Below, one piece after another: positions 1 through 11,059 of a stretch of DNA of 64,000 bases. Source of the stretch: an uncultured Bacilli bacterium (GTDB taxonomy: Bacteria; Bacillota_I; Bacilli_A; RF39; UBA660). Position 1 is the first letter of the stretch, and every line of letters starts with the position of its first letter. Location: contig CAKOIN010000002.1 of NCBI GenBank assembly GCA_934086955.1, forward strand, positions 73,401 to 137,400, read 5' to 3'. The notes under the pieces are model-generated. The model did no database searches. It was not told the origin of the DNA and saw only the letters and a program-made list of their open reading frames with translations. A program made the translations under genes and the position numbers.

Positions 1-324
1 ATAATGATTACAGGTGATTTTATGGGAAATATTATAAGTTCATTATTACCACCTGTATTTTTTGTTAAATTATATAAAGGCAGTAATAAAGAAAAGAAAA
101 CTTACATCATTACTTATTTAAAAACATTATTTATAAGTAATATAATAACTATGTTTATAATATATAAATATTTTAATTTTAAGAATTTTGAAAAAAGTAT
201 AGAATTTACATTAAGATATGCAGTTATATCATTAATAATAAATATAATTATGATAATTATCTATAAAGTGATAACAAATTATATAGAAGTAAAAATTGAA
301 ACAAAAAAGGTAAGTAAAAAATGA
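1..324 (+). CDS. small or 5'-truncated integral membrane protein
   Basis: ORF 4..324 is hydrophobic. The frame stays open back to base 1. Its stop overlaps the next start (ATGA at 321-324). Confidence 0.35.
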   Translation: MMITGDFMGNIISSLLPPVFFVKLYKGSNKEKKTYIITYLKTLFISNIITMFIIYKYFNFKNFEKSIEFTLRYAVISLIINIIMIIIYKVITNYIEVKIETKKVSKK

Positions 325-1871
325 AAAAGTTAAAAAATATATTATTAATACTATATTTAATATTTTTAACACTAATATTAATAGTTACATTTTACTTTAA
401 ATTTTGTTTTACAAATGAAACAATAGAAGAAATGTATTTTTATGCCACTAATGGTGTTACACATGCAGATGCTGGAGTATTTTTAGTAGCAGTAGGAGAT
501 TGTATATTATTTTTCTTAATAGTTCTTGGTATATTACTATCTCTATATTTTAATGTACTTGTTAATAAAAAAATATTTTTAAATGTTAAATTAGGTAAAA
601 ATAAAAAAATAAAAAAACAAATATATCCAATAAACTTCTTTTTAAAACATAGAACAATATCGTTAATAATCACTACAATTGTGATGTTATTGATATCTTT
701 TATAAATATGGATGGTATAAAATTTGCTAAAGATAATATTCAAACATCTACATTTATAGAAGATAATTATGTTACACCTAAAAAAGCAAATATAGTTTTT
801 GAGAAGAAAAGAAATTTAATTCTTATATTTGCAGAATCATTTGAAACAACTCTTTTTAGTAAAGAAGAGGGTGGAGAATGGAAATATAATGTAATGCCAG
901 AAATGTATAAATTATTAAATGAAGAAGGATCAGTATATTTTGCTAGTGATGACAAAGTAGGTGGAGTAAATACATTATTTGCAACCACTTGGACAACTGC
1001 ATCAATAGTGGCAAATACAACTGGACTACCATTTAAAATACCTATTGATGATAATAAATATCATTCATATGACTTTATGAAAGGTGCTTATGCACTTGGA
1101 GATGTCCTAAAAGATAATGGATACTATAATGAAGTTATATCTGCTGCTAAAACATCTTTTGGAGGATTACAAGAATATTATACAAAGCATGGAAACTATA
1201 ACATAATAGATAACAGAAATATTAAAAAATATGATAAAACTTATAGTAAAGAAGATAAATCCAGTTGGGGAATGAATGATAAATATTTATTTGAAATAGC
1301 TAAACAAAGATTAGAGGAAATATCAAATAAAAATGAACCATTTAATTTAAATTTAATAACTATAGATACACATGCTAACGATGAATATATAGGTAAGTAT
1401 TCAGAAACAAAATACAAAACTAAAAATGAAAATGCATATGCTACTAGTTCAAAATTAATATATGAATTTGTAAATTATGTTAAAAAGCAACCATATTATA
1501 AAGATACAACTATTATAATATTAGGTGATCATCCTAGTATGCATAAAAGTGTATATAAAAATATAAGTAAATCAAGAAGACTAAGATATAATGTAATAAT
1601 TAACTCAACAAAAGCACCAGTTAATACAAAAAATAGAGTGTTTACTGCTTTAGATATGTATCCTACAATACTGTCATCTATCGGAGCTAATATAAAAGAT
1701 GATAGATTAAGCTTAGGAGTTAATCTTTTTTCAGATAAAGAAACATTATCAGAAAAATATGGATTAAAAGAAATGAATGCTGAAATACCAAAAAGATCAA
1801 TATTTTATAATGATGAGATACTCGGAACAGATTATGCTAAATTTTTGTTAAAAAATAAAGATAGACACTAA
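321..1871 (+). CDS. membrane-anchored sulfatase-domain transferase (LTA synthase / phosphoglycerol transferase family)
   Basis: N-terminal TM helices precede an alkaline-phosphatase-superfamily domain with motifs LIFAESFE, ITIDTHANDEY and ILGDHPSM. Confidence 0.7.
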   Translation: MKKLKNILLILYLIFLTLILIVTFYFKFCFTNETIEEMYFYATNGVTHADAGVFLVAVGDCILFFLIVLGILLSLYFNVLVNKKIFLNVKLGKNKKIKKQIYPINFFLKHRTISLIITTIVMLLISFINMDGIKFAKDNIQTSTFIEDNYVTPKKANIVFEKKRNLILIFAESFETTLFSKEEGGEWKYNVMPEMYKLLNEEGSVYFASDDKVGGVNTLFATTWTTASIVANTTGLPFKIPIDDNKYHSYDFMKGAYALGDVLKDNGYYNEVISAAKTSFGGLQEYYTKHGNYNIIDNRNIKKYDKTYSKEDKSSWGMNDKYLFEIAKQRLEEISNKNEPFNLNLITIDTHANDEYIGKYSETKYKTKNENAYATSSKLIYEFVNYVKKQPYYKDTTIIILGDHPSMHKSVYKNISKSRRLRYNVIINSTKAPVNTKNRVFTALDMYPTILSSIGANIKDDRLSLGVNLFSDKETLSEKYGLKEMNAEIPKRSIFYNDEILGTDYAKFLLKNKDRH

Positions 1872-1921
1872 ATTATTGACAAATATTAAATATACCATAT
1901 AATAATGTCCCGAGGTATATT

Positions 1922-2281
1922 ATGAATAAAGATGAACAAATCATGCTTAGTAGAATGATAGAAATATATAAACCAGATGGATATGATTGGATGGGAACTA
2001 AAGAAAAAAAGAATAATCCATTTACTTATCATCATATTGTTAAAAGAAAAAATAGCGAAACAACAGTTGAAAATGGTGCAATTTTAACTAAAAAAAGTCA
2101 TCAATTATTAAATCAATTACAAGCAAGAAATGAGGATTTATTTGATAGTTGGCAATGGCTATTTATGGAAATAAATCATTCGAATAATCCACCATCAACA
2201 GCTCATCTGGAAGAAATCAGAGATCTTAGAAAACAAACAAAAGAGTTTATATATGGAAAACCAAGACAATTAAAATTATAA
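1922..2281 (+). CDS. small HNH-motif protein
   Basis: FTYHHIV...ENGAILTKKSHQLLN resembles an HNH (H-N-H) core. A TTGACA-16-TATAAT promoter lies at about 1876-1903. Confidence 0.4.
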   Translation: MNKDEQIMLSRMIEIYKPDGYDWMGTKEKKNNPFTYHHIVKRKNSETTVENGAILTKKSHQLLNQLQARNEDLFDSWQWLFMEINHSNNPPSTAHLEEIRDLRKQTKEFIYGKPRQLKL

Positions 2282-2378
2282 AAATAGTAATAATATATAG
2301 AAAATTGTAGAATTTTACTTGAAATTTAGCGGTAATTGTTCTATAATCAATTATAGTCATGAAGGGAGGGAAGAAATA

Positions 2379-2570
2379 GTGACACACGTAGAAGTAAAAG
2401 ACGGAAATATCGAGGGCGCATTAAAACGTTTCAAAATGAAAGTTCAAAGAAGTGGAATCCCTACTGAAATGAAAAAAAGAAAAGAATATTCTAAACCTGG
2501 CATTAAGAGAAGAGAAGCTAAAAAAGAAGCTATCAGAAATGCTAAAAAACATAATAAACAAAGATATTAA
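2379..2570 (+). CDS. rpsU: 30S ribosomal protein S21
   Basis: VEVKDGNIEGALKRFKMKVQRSGI...KPGIKRREAKKEA is typical S21. The start was moved to GTG 2379, behind the RBS GGGAGGG; the track start at 2319 is too long. Confidence 0.9.
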   Translation: MTHVEVKDGNIEGALKRFKMKVQRSGIPTEMKKRKEYSKPGIKRREAKKEAIRNAKKHNKQRY

Positions 2571-2593
2571 TAAAATAAAGGAGTCTGATAATA

Positions 2594-3043
2594 ATGTTAT
2601 ATGAAACCATATCAAATGATATGAAAGAAGCTATGAAAGCTCATGATAAAGAAACATTAAATACAATAAGATTGTTAAAGTCTGCTATTGATTTATATTT
2701 AGTAAACAATAAGCTAGAAAGAAATACTTGTAGTGATGAAATAGTTATAGATATAGTAAGCAAACAAGTTAAGACTCATAAAGAAAGTATAGAAGAATTT
2801 AAAAAAGGTAATAGACAAGATTTAGTAGATAATCTTCTAAGAGAGATAGATTTACTAAGTAAATATTTACCAAAACAATTAACAGAAGAAGAAATAACTG
2901 CTGAAATTGATAAAGTATTTGATAAAATCAAACCTACTAGTATGAAAGATATGGGATTAATTATGAAAGAATTAACACCAATATTTAGAGGTAAAGCAGA
3001 TATGAAAACTGTTAATGAAATAGTTCGTTCTAAATTAAACTAA
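2594..3043 (+). CDS. yqeY: GatB/YqeY domain protein
   Basis: 149 aa with a YqeY-like sequence (LKSAIDL..., LSKYLPKQLTEEEI). It follows rpsU, as in other Firmicutes. Confidence 0.8.
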   Translation: MLYETISNDMKEAMKAHDKETLNTIRLLKSAIDLYLVNNKLERNTCSDEIVIDIVSKQVKTHKESIEEFKKGNRQDLVDNLLREIDLLSKYLPKQLTEEEITAEIDKVFDKIKPTSMKDMGLIMKELTPIFRGKADMKTVNEIVRSKLN

Positions 3044-3046
3044 TAA

Positions 3047-3075
3047 AAAAGCTTCACATTTGTGAAGTTTTTATT
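3047..3075. terminator. bidirectional intrinsic terminator
   Basis: Stem CTTCAC/GTGAAG is flanked by an A-run and a T-run, between convergent genes. Confidence 0.6.
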
Positions 3076-4651
3076 TTGTCTTTTGAAATTCAAGTTCAAT
3101 TATTTCGTTATCCATTGTAGAAAATAAATATTTACCTAAATAAGTATTAATATTTTCAAATTTATTTAATTCTTCTTTATCTTTATAAACTGTTAATATA
3201 TTGTCCTTTAATGTATAACCATATCCATTATCAAAATATTTATATAAAGCATCTATTTCACTTATTTCCTTTGAATTAGTTAAATCTAAATAAATAGAAT
3301 CATATTTACCAGTCGCTTCATAATATATATCTATATAGCAAATATTATTTGTTAAATAAACAGAATAACTATATTCAGAATTAATAAGTTTCTTAGTAGT
3401 ATATTTATAATATTCATAATAATCCTTATCATAAAAAGTTATAGTTACTTTATTATCATTAGTAGAAATAGAGTAGTAATATTTAACATTAGCATAATCA
3501 TCATCCTCAGTATATAATGGTTCAATATTTGATTCTACTGTAAATGATCTATCAATCCCTTTAGAACTAATAATATATGAATTTATATTTCCTGTAAATT
3601 CATCTCTTTTAATAAATAAACCACCCTCATCATAAAAGTATCCTTTAGGGTAAATCATAAGTAGAAGAGAATTATTTTCAGAAATAGCAGTATAAGTACC
3701 ATGAGTATCATTACCATATATATTAATAAAATTTACTCTTGTATCAATCTTAATACTATAATCAACTATTGTTTTATATTTATCATTTAAAACACCAAGT
3801 TTATCATTCTTAGTTACTATAATATATTTACCTGCATAAGATAAACTATCATATTCAAAATTTAAAACTGTCTTATTATTCTTATCAATAATACCATATT
3901 TATTGTTTAATTCAGCTATGAATAATCCATTTTTATAACTAATTATACTATCATAAATAAAGTCTACTAATATTTCACCATTTGAATTAATAATACCATA
4001 TTTATCGCTTTTGTTAATTGCAACAATTTCATATTCGTTATTAGTAATCTCACCATATCCAGAAAGTTCATCTCCAAGTTCAGGTAAAGATCTGATTTCT
4101 TCATTAAGAGTTACAACCTTATTTGTTTTAACATCTAGAAAACCAGATGTACCATCACTTTCACTTAGTAATAAATATCTAGGAGTTTTATTATCCTTAT
4201 AATAAACTGGCTCAATAAAATTATAACTTTTTGATTTAGTTTTATTTAATTTATCATAATAATAATATAAAGTATCATCATTTTTATCTTCATTTTTTCT
4301 AATTTCATATCTACCGAATTTTAATATTTCATCTTCTGCTTCCTCAGTATTAATATATTTAATTTTATCTGGATAAAGTTTACCATCAACACCTAAAATA
4401 TATTGATTATCATAATCTATTATCTCCATTATTTCTTTTGTTTTTCCATTATAAGCAATTCTTCCTTCATACTTTTTTAATAACTTTGAAGTAACAGCAC
4501 TATAGTCTTCAGTAATAACTGGTACAGTTGGAGTATCAGTAGGATTAACTTTAGGCTTTTTTCCAAGTGTAGCGAAAGCATAAATACTTGAAACCACCAT
4601 ACATAATAGAAAAGTTAAAACCACTGCATAAATAATTATTTTCTTTTTCAT
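3071..4651 (-). CDS. membrane-anchored WG-repeat (KWG-like) protein
   Basis: Repeats of the type KYGIINSNGEILVDFIYDSI / KYGIIDKNNKTVLNFEYDSL follow an N-terminal TM helix. The start was moved to MKKKIIIYAV. Confidence 0.6.
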   Translation of the reverse strand: MKKKIIIYAVVLTFLLCMVVSSIYAFATLGKKPKVNPTDTPTVPVITEDYSAVTSKLLKKYEGRIAYNGKTKEIMEIIDYDNQYILGVDGKLYPDKIKYINTEEAEDEILKFGRYEIRKNEDKNDDTLYYYYDKLNKTKSKSYNFIEPVYYKDNKTPRYLLLSESDGTSGFLDVKTNKVVTLNEEIRSLPELGDELSGYGEITNNEYEIVAINKSDKYGIINSNGEILVDFIYDSIISYKNGLFIAELNNKYGIIDKNNKTVLNFEYDSLSYAGKYIIVTKNDKLGVLNDKYKTIVDYSIKIDTRVNFINIYGNDTHGTYTAISENNSLLLMIYPKGYFYDEGGLFIKRDEFTGNINSYIISSKGIDRSFTVESNIEPLYTEDDDYANVKYYYSISTNDNKVTITFYDKDYYEYYKYTTKKLINSEYSYSVYLTNNICYIDIYYEATGKYDSIYLDLTNSKEISEIDALYKYFDNGYGYTLKDNILTVYKDKEELNKFENINTYLGKYLFSTMDNEIIELEFQKTK

Positions 4652-4748
4652 ATCTTTTACACCTCTTATTATTAATATTAGTATATCATACATATTTTTC
4701 TTTTAAAATATTAATTTTTAATATATAATATTTTAGTAGGAGTAGATT

Positions 4749-5609
4749 ATGGAAAAACAAGTACAACAATATATAACATATTTAACACCAGAATATATCT
4801 ATATTCCATTTGATAATCAAGAATTACTTACAATAAATAAAAATAGATTAGTCTATCATAATATGAGTTTAGGTACTCTAAATGATGGAAGTTATATTTT
4901 TAGTCCAGTAAGTGGTCAAATAATTGGATTAAAAGAAATGGAATTTAATAATAAAAAAAGCAATACATTAGTTGTTATGAATGACTATAAAGATAAAAGA
5001 GAAAAATTGAATCCATCTAGAAATATAAATAAAACTAAAAAAAGTGATATTATAGCTTCACTTCAAAAATATAACTTAAATAAAAAAATAAATAGTAAAA
5101 CAACATTAGTAGTAAACTCATTATATGATAAAAATTATGATTTAAAAGATATGGTTATTAATTATGAATCATATGAAGGCATATTAGAAGCAATTGATGA
5201 ATTTATGAATATTTTTAATATGAAAAATTGTTATATTTGTATACCAAAAAATGATTTATATTCTGCTTATGCATATGAAAAATATATAAATGCATTTATG
5301 AATATTTGTTTAGTTCATTCAAATAAGAAATTCAAAGATAGTACAGCGGTGTTTTATAGTATAGAAGAAATACTAGCAATTTATAAAGCAATACATTTAG
5401 ATTATATGTACGATAACACAATTATTACAATATATAATGGTAAAAGTACAATAGTTAAAGTAAAACTATATACTTCGTTATATGAGCTATTAAAAGCTCT
5501 AAAAATAGCCTATAAAGGTAAAAAAATACTAGTAAATAATAAAGAAATAAACGAAATAAAAGATTTTGTTATTGATCCTAGTATAAGAAGCATAATAATA
5601 AAGGATTAG
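4749..5609 (+). CDS. hypothetical protein
   Basis: Good RBS (AGGAG). The N-terminus faintly resembles an RnfC-type barrel-sandwich domain (SPVSGQIIGL). Function is unknown. Confidence 0.5.
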   Translation: MEKQVQQYITYLTPEYIYIPFDNQELLTINKNRLVYHNMSLGTLNDGSYIFSPVSGQIIGLKEMEFNNKKSNTLVVMNDYKDKREKLNPSRNINKTKKSDIIASLQKYNLNKKINSKTTLVVNSLYDKNYDLKDMVINYESYEGILEAIDEFMNIFNMKNCYICIPKNDLYSAYAYEKYINAFMNICLVHSNKKFKDSTAVFYSIEEILAIYKAIHLDYMYDNTIITIYNGKSTIVKVKLYTSLYELLKALKIAYKGKKILVNNKEINEIKDFVIDPSIRSIIIKD

Positions 5610-5611
5610 AT

Positions 5612-6535
5612 ATGATATATGTTTATTTAGGAAATGAAATTAATATATTAAAAATGAAAATAAATGAACTTATTTCTTCATTAGATATAAAAAATATAAT
5701 AGAGTACGATTACAGTAATACATCAATAAAAGAAATATTAGAAGAAGTATGTTATGTAGATTTATTTAATGAAAAGAAACTAATTATAGTTTCATCTTTT
5801 ACATTCAAAAAAATGAAAGATAAAGAAAAAGAATCATTAATGAAATACATAGATCATATGAATGAAAATGTAATTATATTTAAATGTTTAGATGAAAAAC
5901 TAGATTACAAAGATACTCTTATTAAAAAATTAAAAGATAAATGTACTATAAATGAAATAGTTAAAATGGATTATAAGGCTACTCATGAATTTATAACTAA
6001 TATTCTAAAACAAAATGGATTTAATGTAAGTTATGATATTGTTAAAAAAATACTCAATTTATGTGAAAATAATGGAGATTATGCCTTAAAAGAAATAGAA
6101 AAATTAATGCTTTATAAAATAGATGATAAAAATATAACTATCAAAGATGTAGAAACAGTAATAAGCAAAAGTAATGAAAAAGAAATGTTCAATTTAATAG
6201 ATGCGGTCATGAGTAAAAATATAGGATCATGTTTTACATCTTATAAAATATTAAAAGATACTACTGATGCAACTGTTATAGTAGATTCATTAAGCAAACA
6301 ATTTAGATATTTATATCAAATAAAAATACTTATGAATACAATGGCTTTACCAAGTATAGTTACAAAAATATCAATAAATCCATTTGTAGCTAAAAAATTA
6401 TATGAAAACACAAAGAATTTCAGTGAAAAAGAAATAATAGAAATTATATATAAATTAAGTGATATAGATATTGGAATAAAAATAAAAGGTTATGATAAAA
6501 ATAAGTTACTTGAAAACTTCTTTTTAAATTTATAA
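5612..6535 (+). CDS. holA: DNA polymerase III delta subunit
   Basis: 307 aa. The N-terminus (YVYLGNE... and LFNEKKLIIV) and the size fit HolA. Confidence 0.7.
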   Translation: MIYVYLGNEINILKMKINELISSLDIKNIIEYDYSNTSIKEILEEVCYVDLFNEKKLIIVSSFTFKKMKDKEKESLMKYIDHMNENVIIFKCLDEKLDYKDTLIKKLKDKCTINEIVKMDYKATHEFITNILKQNGFNVSYDIVKKILNLCENNGDYALKEIEKLMLYKIDDKNITIKDVETVISKSNEKEMFNLIDAVMSKNIGSCFTSYKILKDTTDATVIVDSLSKQFRYLYQIKILMNTMALPSIVTKISINPFVAKKLYENTKNFSEKEIIEIIYKLSDIDIGIKIKGYDKNKLLENFFLNL

Positions 6536-6618
6536 TGTATAAACTTTACATAAAAACCGTAAAATTATTATGAGAAGTAAATTATATAAAGTATAATAAA
6601 AGTAAGGGATGTGATAAA

Positions 6619-7611
6619 ATGCTAATTCTTGCTAAAAGTATTTTAGGACTAATGTTAGGCTTTTTTATAGCAGTAATATTTGGTTTCTTTTTAATACCAG
6701 TTTTAAGAAAGCTAAAATGTAAGCAAAGTATAAGTGCATTTACTGCATTTAGACATGCTTCAAAAAATGGAACTCCAACACTAGGAGGCTTAATATTTAT
6801 AATTCCAACACTAGTGACTATGTTATTTTTATATTTAAGAGGTAGTCTTGAAATAACACATAGTTTACTAATAATAATATTTGTATTTATAAGTTATGCA
6901 TTACTTGGATTTGTAGATGATTATTTAAAAATAAAGGAAAAGAATAATGCAGGACTTTCAATACCACAAAAATTATTAGTTCAAGTATTAATAGCTCTTG
7001 TGTTCTTCTATATTTATATGAAAGGTGGAGGAGATGCTAATGTTACAATAACTTCACTAGGGATAAATATAGACATGGGATGGTTTTATGGATTATTTAT
7101 TTTATTTCTACTTGTTGGTTCCTCTAATGCAGTTAATTTAACTGATGGATTAGATGGATTAGCAGGGGGCCTATCATTAGTTGCTTTTTTAAGCTTCGGT
7201 ATCATAACTTGGGGAACAACTTGGGTAGAAGGATATCAAGAAATAGCAATATTTTCCTTCATATTAGTAGGTTCAATATTAGGATTCTTAGTATATAATA
7301 CACATCCAGCAAAAGTATTTATGGGAGATACTGGTTCACTTTCTCTGGGAGCAACATTAGCTGCAATCGCAATACTTACAAAGCATGAACTTTCATTAGC
7401 GGTAATAGGTGGAGTATTCGTAATGGAAGCATTATCATCTATAATACAATTAATCGCAATAAAAAAATTCCATACAAAAGTATTCCTAATGACACCAATA
7501 CATCATCATTTTGAAAAACTAGGATGGGAAGAAACAGATATTGTAAAATTATTCTTAATTATTGGTTTTATGCTAGGAATGATAGCTATATACTACGGAG
7601 TATGGATGTAA
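6619..7611 (+). CDS. mraY: phospho-N-acetylmuramoyl-pentapeptide transferase
   Basis: Motifs NAVNLTDGLDGLA, FMGDTGSL and PIHHHFE. Confidence 0.95.
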   Translation: MLILAKSILGLMLGFFIAVIFGFFLIPVLRKLKCKQSISAFTAFRHASKNGTPTLGGLIFIIPTLVTMLFLYLRGSLEITHSLLIIIFVFISYALLGFVDDYLKIKEKNNAGLSIPQKLLVQVLIALVFFYIYMKGGGDANVTITSLGINIDMGWFYGLFILFLLVGSSNAVNLTDGLDGLAGGLSLVAFLSFGIITWGTTWVEGYQEIAIFSFILVGSILGFLVYNTHPAKVFMGDTGSLSLGATLAAIAILTKHELSLAVIGGVFVMEALSSIIQLIAIKKFHTKVFLMTPIHHHFEKLGWEETDIVKLFLIIGFMLGMIAIYYGVWM

Positions 7612-7678
7612 GAACAAAAACAAAAAGTTTAATATTAATAATAAATAATATCACTTATTCATATCTTTAAATGAATAG

Positions 7679-8770
7679 GTGATTTTTATTAAAAGAAATA
7701 AAATAATAATTATAACAACAATAATACTATCAATAATAGGTGTTATAATGATATATTCAAGTAGTTATATATGGGCTAGTTTCAAATATGGAAATGCCTA
7801 TAAATATTTTATTAGTCAATTTTGCTTTTTAATAATTGGTATTTTTATGATGTTTCTTTTTTCTAAAATAGATTATAATTTATATAAAAAACATTCAAAT
7901 AAATTTTTATTAATTAGTTTTATTCTACTAGTTTTAGTTTTAATTCCAGGAATTGGTTCAGTTAGAAATGGAAGTAGAAGTTGGTTTGGAATATTGGGCT
8001 TTGGATTTCAACCGAGTGAAATAACTAAACTATCATTAATTATATTTACATCTAAATACTTATCAAATAATGATAAAATAAAAAGAAATACATTTAAATT
8101 TATAATACCATTATTTTCAGTTATACTTTTATTCTTTGGATTAATTATGCTTGAACCGGATTTTGGTACTGGAATGGTTATAGTTTGCTCATTAATTGGT
8201 TTAATTTTTATAAGTGGAGCTGACTTTTCAATATTTATAAAATTAGGAGTTTTAGGAATAATAGGAATAGTAGTTTTAATACTAATTGCTCCATATAGAA
8301 TGGATAGAATAACATCATTCTTAAACCCTTGGAGCGATCCCCTTGGTAGTGGTTTTCAAATGATACAAAGTTTATATGCAATAGGCCCAGGAGGACTACT
8401 TGGTTTTGGATTTCTAGGCTCAAGACAAAAACATTTCTATTTGCCAGAACCACAAACAGACTTTATCTTTTCAATAATAACAGAAGAATTTGGTTTTATA
8501 GGAGCTTTAATAATAGTAATACTATTTATAACACTATTTTATAATATAATAAAAAAATCAATTGAGTGTAATGACTTATATGGAAAATACTTAATATTTG
8601 GTTTATCATTTTTACTTATGTTTCAAACCTTATTAAACCTATCAGTAGTAGTGGGCCTAGTTCCAATAACTGGGGTTACTTTACCTTTCATAAGTTATGG
8701 AGGAAGTTCATTAATAGTGAGTATGATTTCAATCGGAATAATATTAAATATTGGTAATAAAAACAGTTGA
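7679..8770 (+). CDS. SEDS family peptidoglycan polymerase (FtsW/SpoVE/RodA type)
   Basis: Motifs VRNGSRSWFG, QPSEITKL, LEPDFGTG, FYLPEPQTDFIF and LPFISYGGSS closely resemble SpoVE/FtsW. A GTG start is needed to retain TM1. Confidence 0.85.
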   Translation: MIFIKRNKIIIITTIILSIIGVIMIYSSSYIWASFKYGNAYKYFISQFCFLIIGIFMMFLFSKIDYNLYKKHSNKFLLISFILLVLVLIPGIGSVRNGSRSWFGILGFGFQPSEITKLSLIIFTSKYLSNNDKIKRNTFKFIIPLFSVILLFFGLIMLEPDFGTGMVIVCSLIGLIFISGADFSIFIKLGVLGIIGIVVLILIAPYRMDRITSFLNPWSDPLGSGFQMIQSLYAIGPGGLLGFGFLGSRQKHFYLPEPQTDFIFSIITEEFGFIGALIIVILFITLFYNIIKKSIECNDLYGKYLIFGLSFLLMFQTLLNLSVVVGLVPITGVTLPFISYGGSSLIVSMISIGIILNIGNKNS

Positions 8771-8811
8771 AAATATATAATTATTATTATAAAATTATAA
8801 TTAAAAATAAA

Positions 8812-8838
8812 TTAGCACTCTATATTGACAAGTGCTAA
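8812..8838 (+). promoter_or_regulatory. CIRCE operator (HrcA binding site)
   Basis: TTAGCACTC-N9-AAGTGCTAA, against the consensus TTAGCACTC-N9-GAGTGCTAA. It overlaps the clpB promoter. Confidence 0.75.
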
Positions 8839-8853
8839 TTTTTAGTGTATAAT
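8825..8853 (+). promoter_or_regulatory. sigmaA-type promoter of clpB
   Basis: TTGACA (8825-8830), 17-nt spacer, TATAAT (8848-8853). Confidence 0.6.
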
Positions 8854-8882
8854 ATGCTCTGGTAAATAAGGAGGTATAGATT

Positions 8883-10979
8883 ATGTTTAATATGAATAAT
8901 GAAGAAAACGAAAATGTTTTAGAAAAATATGGTCGTAATATAAATGAAGCAGTTAAAGATCGTAAAATAGATCCAATAATAGGTCGTGACGAAGAAATTC
9001 GTAGTATAACTAGAATATTATCTAGAAAGACTAAGAACAATCCAGTACTTATTGGTGAACCAGGAGTAGGTAAAACTGCAATAGTAGAAGGACTTGCTCA
9101 AAGAATAGTAAAAGGTGATGTACCAGAAAGTTTAAAAAATAAAACTATTTGGGAATTAAATATGGCATCATTAATAGCTGGTGCCAAATATCGTGGTGAA
9201 TTTGAAGAAAGACTTAAAAAAGTATTAGATGAAGTCAAAAAGAGTGAAGGAAATTTAATAATGTTTATAGATGAAATTCACTTAATAGTTGGAACTGGTG
9301 CTGTTGATGGAGCAATGGATACAGGTAATATACTAAAACCAATGTTAGCAAGAGGTGAAATTCATGTTATAGGAGCAACAACACTTAATGAATATAGAAT
9401 GTATATCGAAAAAGATGGAGCTCTTGAAAGAAGATTTCAAAAAGTTACAATATCAGAACCAACAGTAGAAGATACAATTACAATACTAAGAGGTTTAAAA
9501 GAAAGATTTGAAATTTACCATGGAGTAACAATACAAGATAAAGCATTAGTGTCAGCTGCAACTTTATCAAATAGATATATAACTGATAGATTTTTACCAG
9601 ATAAAGCAATTGACCTAATAGATGAAGCTTGCGCAACAATAAGAGTACAAATGGATAGTGTTCCAACTGAACTAGATAAAATCACAAGAAAGATTTTAAC
9701 ATTACAAGTTGAAAAAGAAGCAATCAAAAAAGAAAAAGATGAACTTTCTATAAAAAGATTAGAAAAAATAGATAATGAACTTTATACATTAAAAGGTAAA
9801 GAACAAGAATTAAGTACAAAATGGAAAGAAGAAAAAGAAATAAATGAATCTATAAAGAAAGTTAAATCAGATATATCTAAATATACATTTGAATTTGAAC
9901 AAGCCGAAAATAATTATGATTTAGAAACAGCAGCTAGAATTAAAAATGGAATATTACCAGAATTAAAAAAGAAATTAGATGAACTTTCTAAGAAAGGAGA
10001 TAACAATATTTTATCTGATACTGTAACAAGTGACGATATCGCAGGTGTTATAAGTAAATGGACAAATATTCCTATTTCAAAATTAATGAGTAGTGAAAAA
10101 GATAAAATATTACATTTAGAAGAAAATTTAAAGAAGAGAGTCAAAGGTCAAGATAAAGCACTAAAACTTGTTAGTGATGCTATTATTCGTTCTAGAAGTG
10201 GAATTAAAGATCCAAATAAACCAATTGGTTCATTTATGTTTTTAGGTCCAACAGGTGTAGGAAAAACAGAAGTAGCAAGAAGCCTTGCTTATGAATTATT
10301 TGATGATGAACATCATATGGTAAGAATTGATATGAGCGAATATATGGAAAAATATTCAGTATCAAGATTAATAGGTGCCGCTCCAGGATATGTTGGATAT
10401 GAAGAGGGCGGACAACTTACAGAAAAAGTAAGAAGAAATCCATATTCAATAGTGTTATTTGATGAAATAGAAAAGGCACATCCTGATGTTTTAAACTTAT
10501 TACTACAAATACTTGATGAAGGAAGACTTACTGATTCAAATGGTAGAACAGTAGACTTTAAAAACACAATAATTATTATGACATCAAATGTAGGTAGTGA
10601 ATACATTATTGATAATGAAGAAGATAAAGTAACAAATGAATTAAATAAATATTTTAGACCAGAATTTTTAAATAGATTAGACGAAATAATAGTATTTAAT
10701 AAATTAACAAAAGATAATTTAAAAGAAATATTAGATAAAATAATAAGTGAAATAGAACACAGATTAATAGATTTAAATATAAAAATAAATTTAACAGAAA
10801 CCGCTAAAAATTACTTTATTGATAATGGATATGATGAATATTATGGAGCAAGACCACTAAAAAGATTAATTAATAATAAACTAGAAACATTAATAGCTAA
10901 AAAACTTATCAATAATGAAATTAAATCTAATACTACTATTACAGTAGATTATATTAATAATGAATTAGAAATTAATTAA
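8883..10979 (+). CDS. clpB: ClpB-type AAA+ disaggregase lacking the N-terminal domain
   Basis: Two AAA modules (GEPGVGKTA; GPTGVGKTE) flank a long coiled-coil middle domain. The protein starts just before the IIGRDEEI motif. A strong RBS (AGGAGG) is present. Confidence 0.85.
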   Translation: MFNMNNEENENVLEKYGRNINEAVKDRKIDPIIGRDEEIRSITRILSRKTKNNPVLIGEPGVGKTAIVEGLAQRIVKGDVPESLKNKTIWELNMASLIAGAKYRGEFEERLKKVLDEVKKSEGNLIMFIDEIHLIVGTGAVDGAMDTGNILKPMLARGEIHVIGATTLNEYRMYIEKDGALERRFQKVTISEPTVEDTITILRGLKERFEIYHGVTIQDKALVSAATLSNRYITDRFLPDKAIDLIDEACATIRVQMDSVPTELDKITRKILTLQVEKEAIKKEKDELSIKRLEKIDNELYTLKGKEQELSTKWKEEKEINESIKKVKSDISKYTFEFEQAENNYDLETAARIKNGILPELKKKLDELSKKGDNNILSDTVTSDDIAGVISKWTNIPISKLMSSEKDKILHLEENLKKRVKGQDKALKLVSDAIIRSRSGIKDPNKPIGSFMFLGPTGVGKTEVARSLAYELFDDEHHMVRIDMSEYMEKYSVSRLIGAAPGYVGYEEGGQLTEKVRRNPYSIVLFDEIEKAHPDVLNLLLQILDEGRLTDSNGRTVDFKNTIIIMTSNVGSEYIIDNEEDKVTNELNKYFRPEFLNRLDEIIVFNKLTKDNLKEILDKIISEIEHRLIDLNIKINLTETAKNYFIDNGYDEYYGARPLKRLINNKLETLIAKKLINNEIKSNTTITVDYINNELEIN

Positions 10980-10981
10980 AG

Positions 10982-11010
10982 TCATCCCAAAAGGATGATT
11001 TTTATTTTTT
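10982..11010 (+). terminator. intrinsic terminator after clpB
   Basis: Stem TCATCC/GGATGA followed by a T-run. Confidence 0.65.
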
Positions 11011-11059
11011 AATTATGATATAATATTTATATAAAATTTATTAAATAAGGATGAAAATT

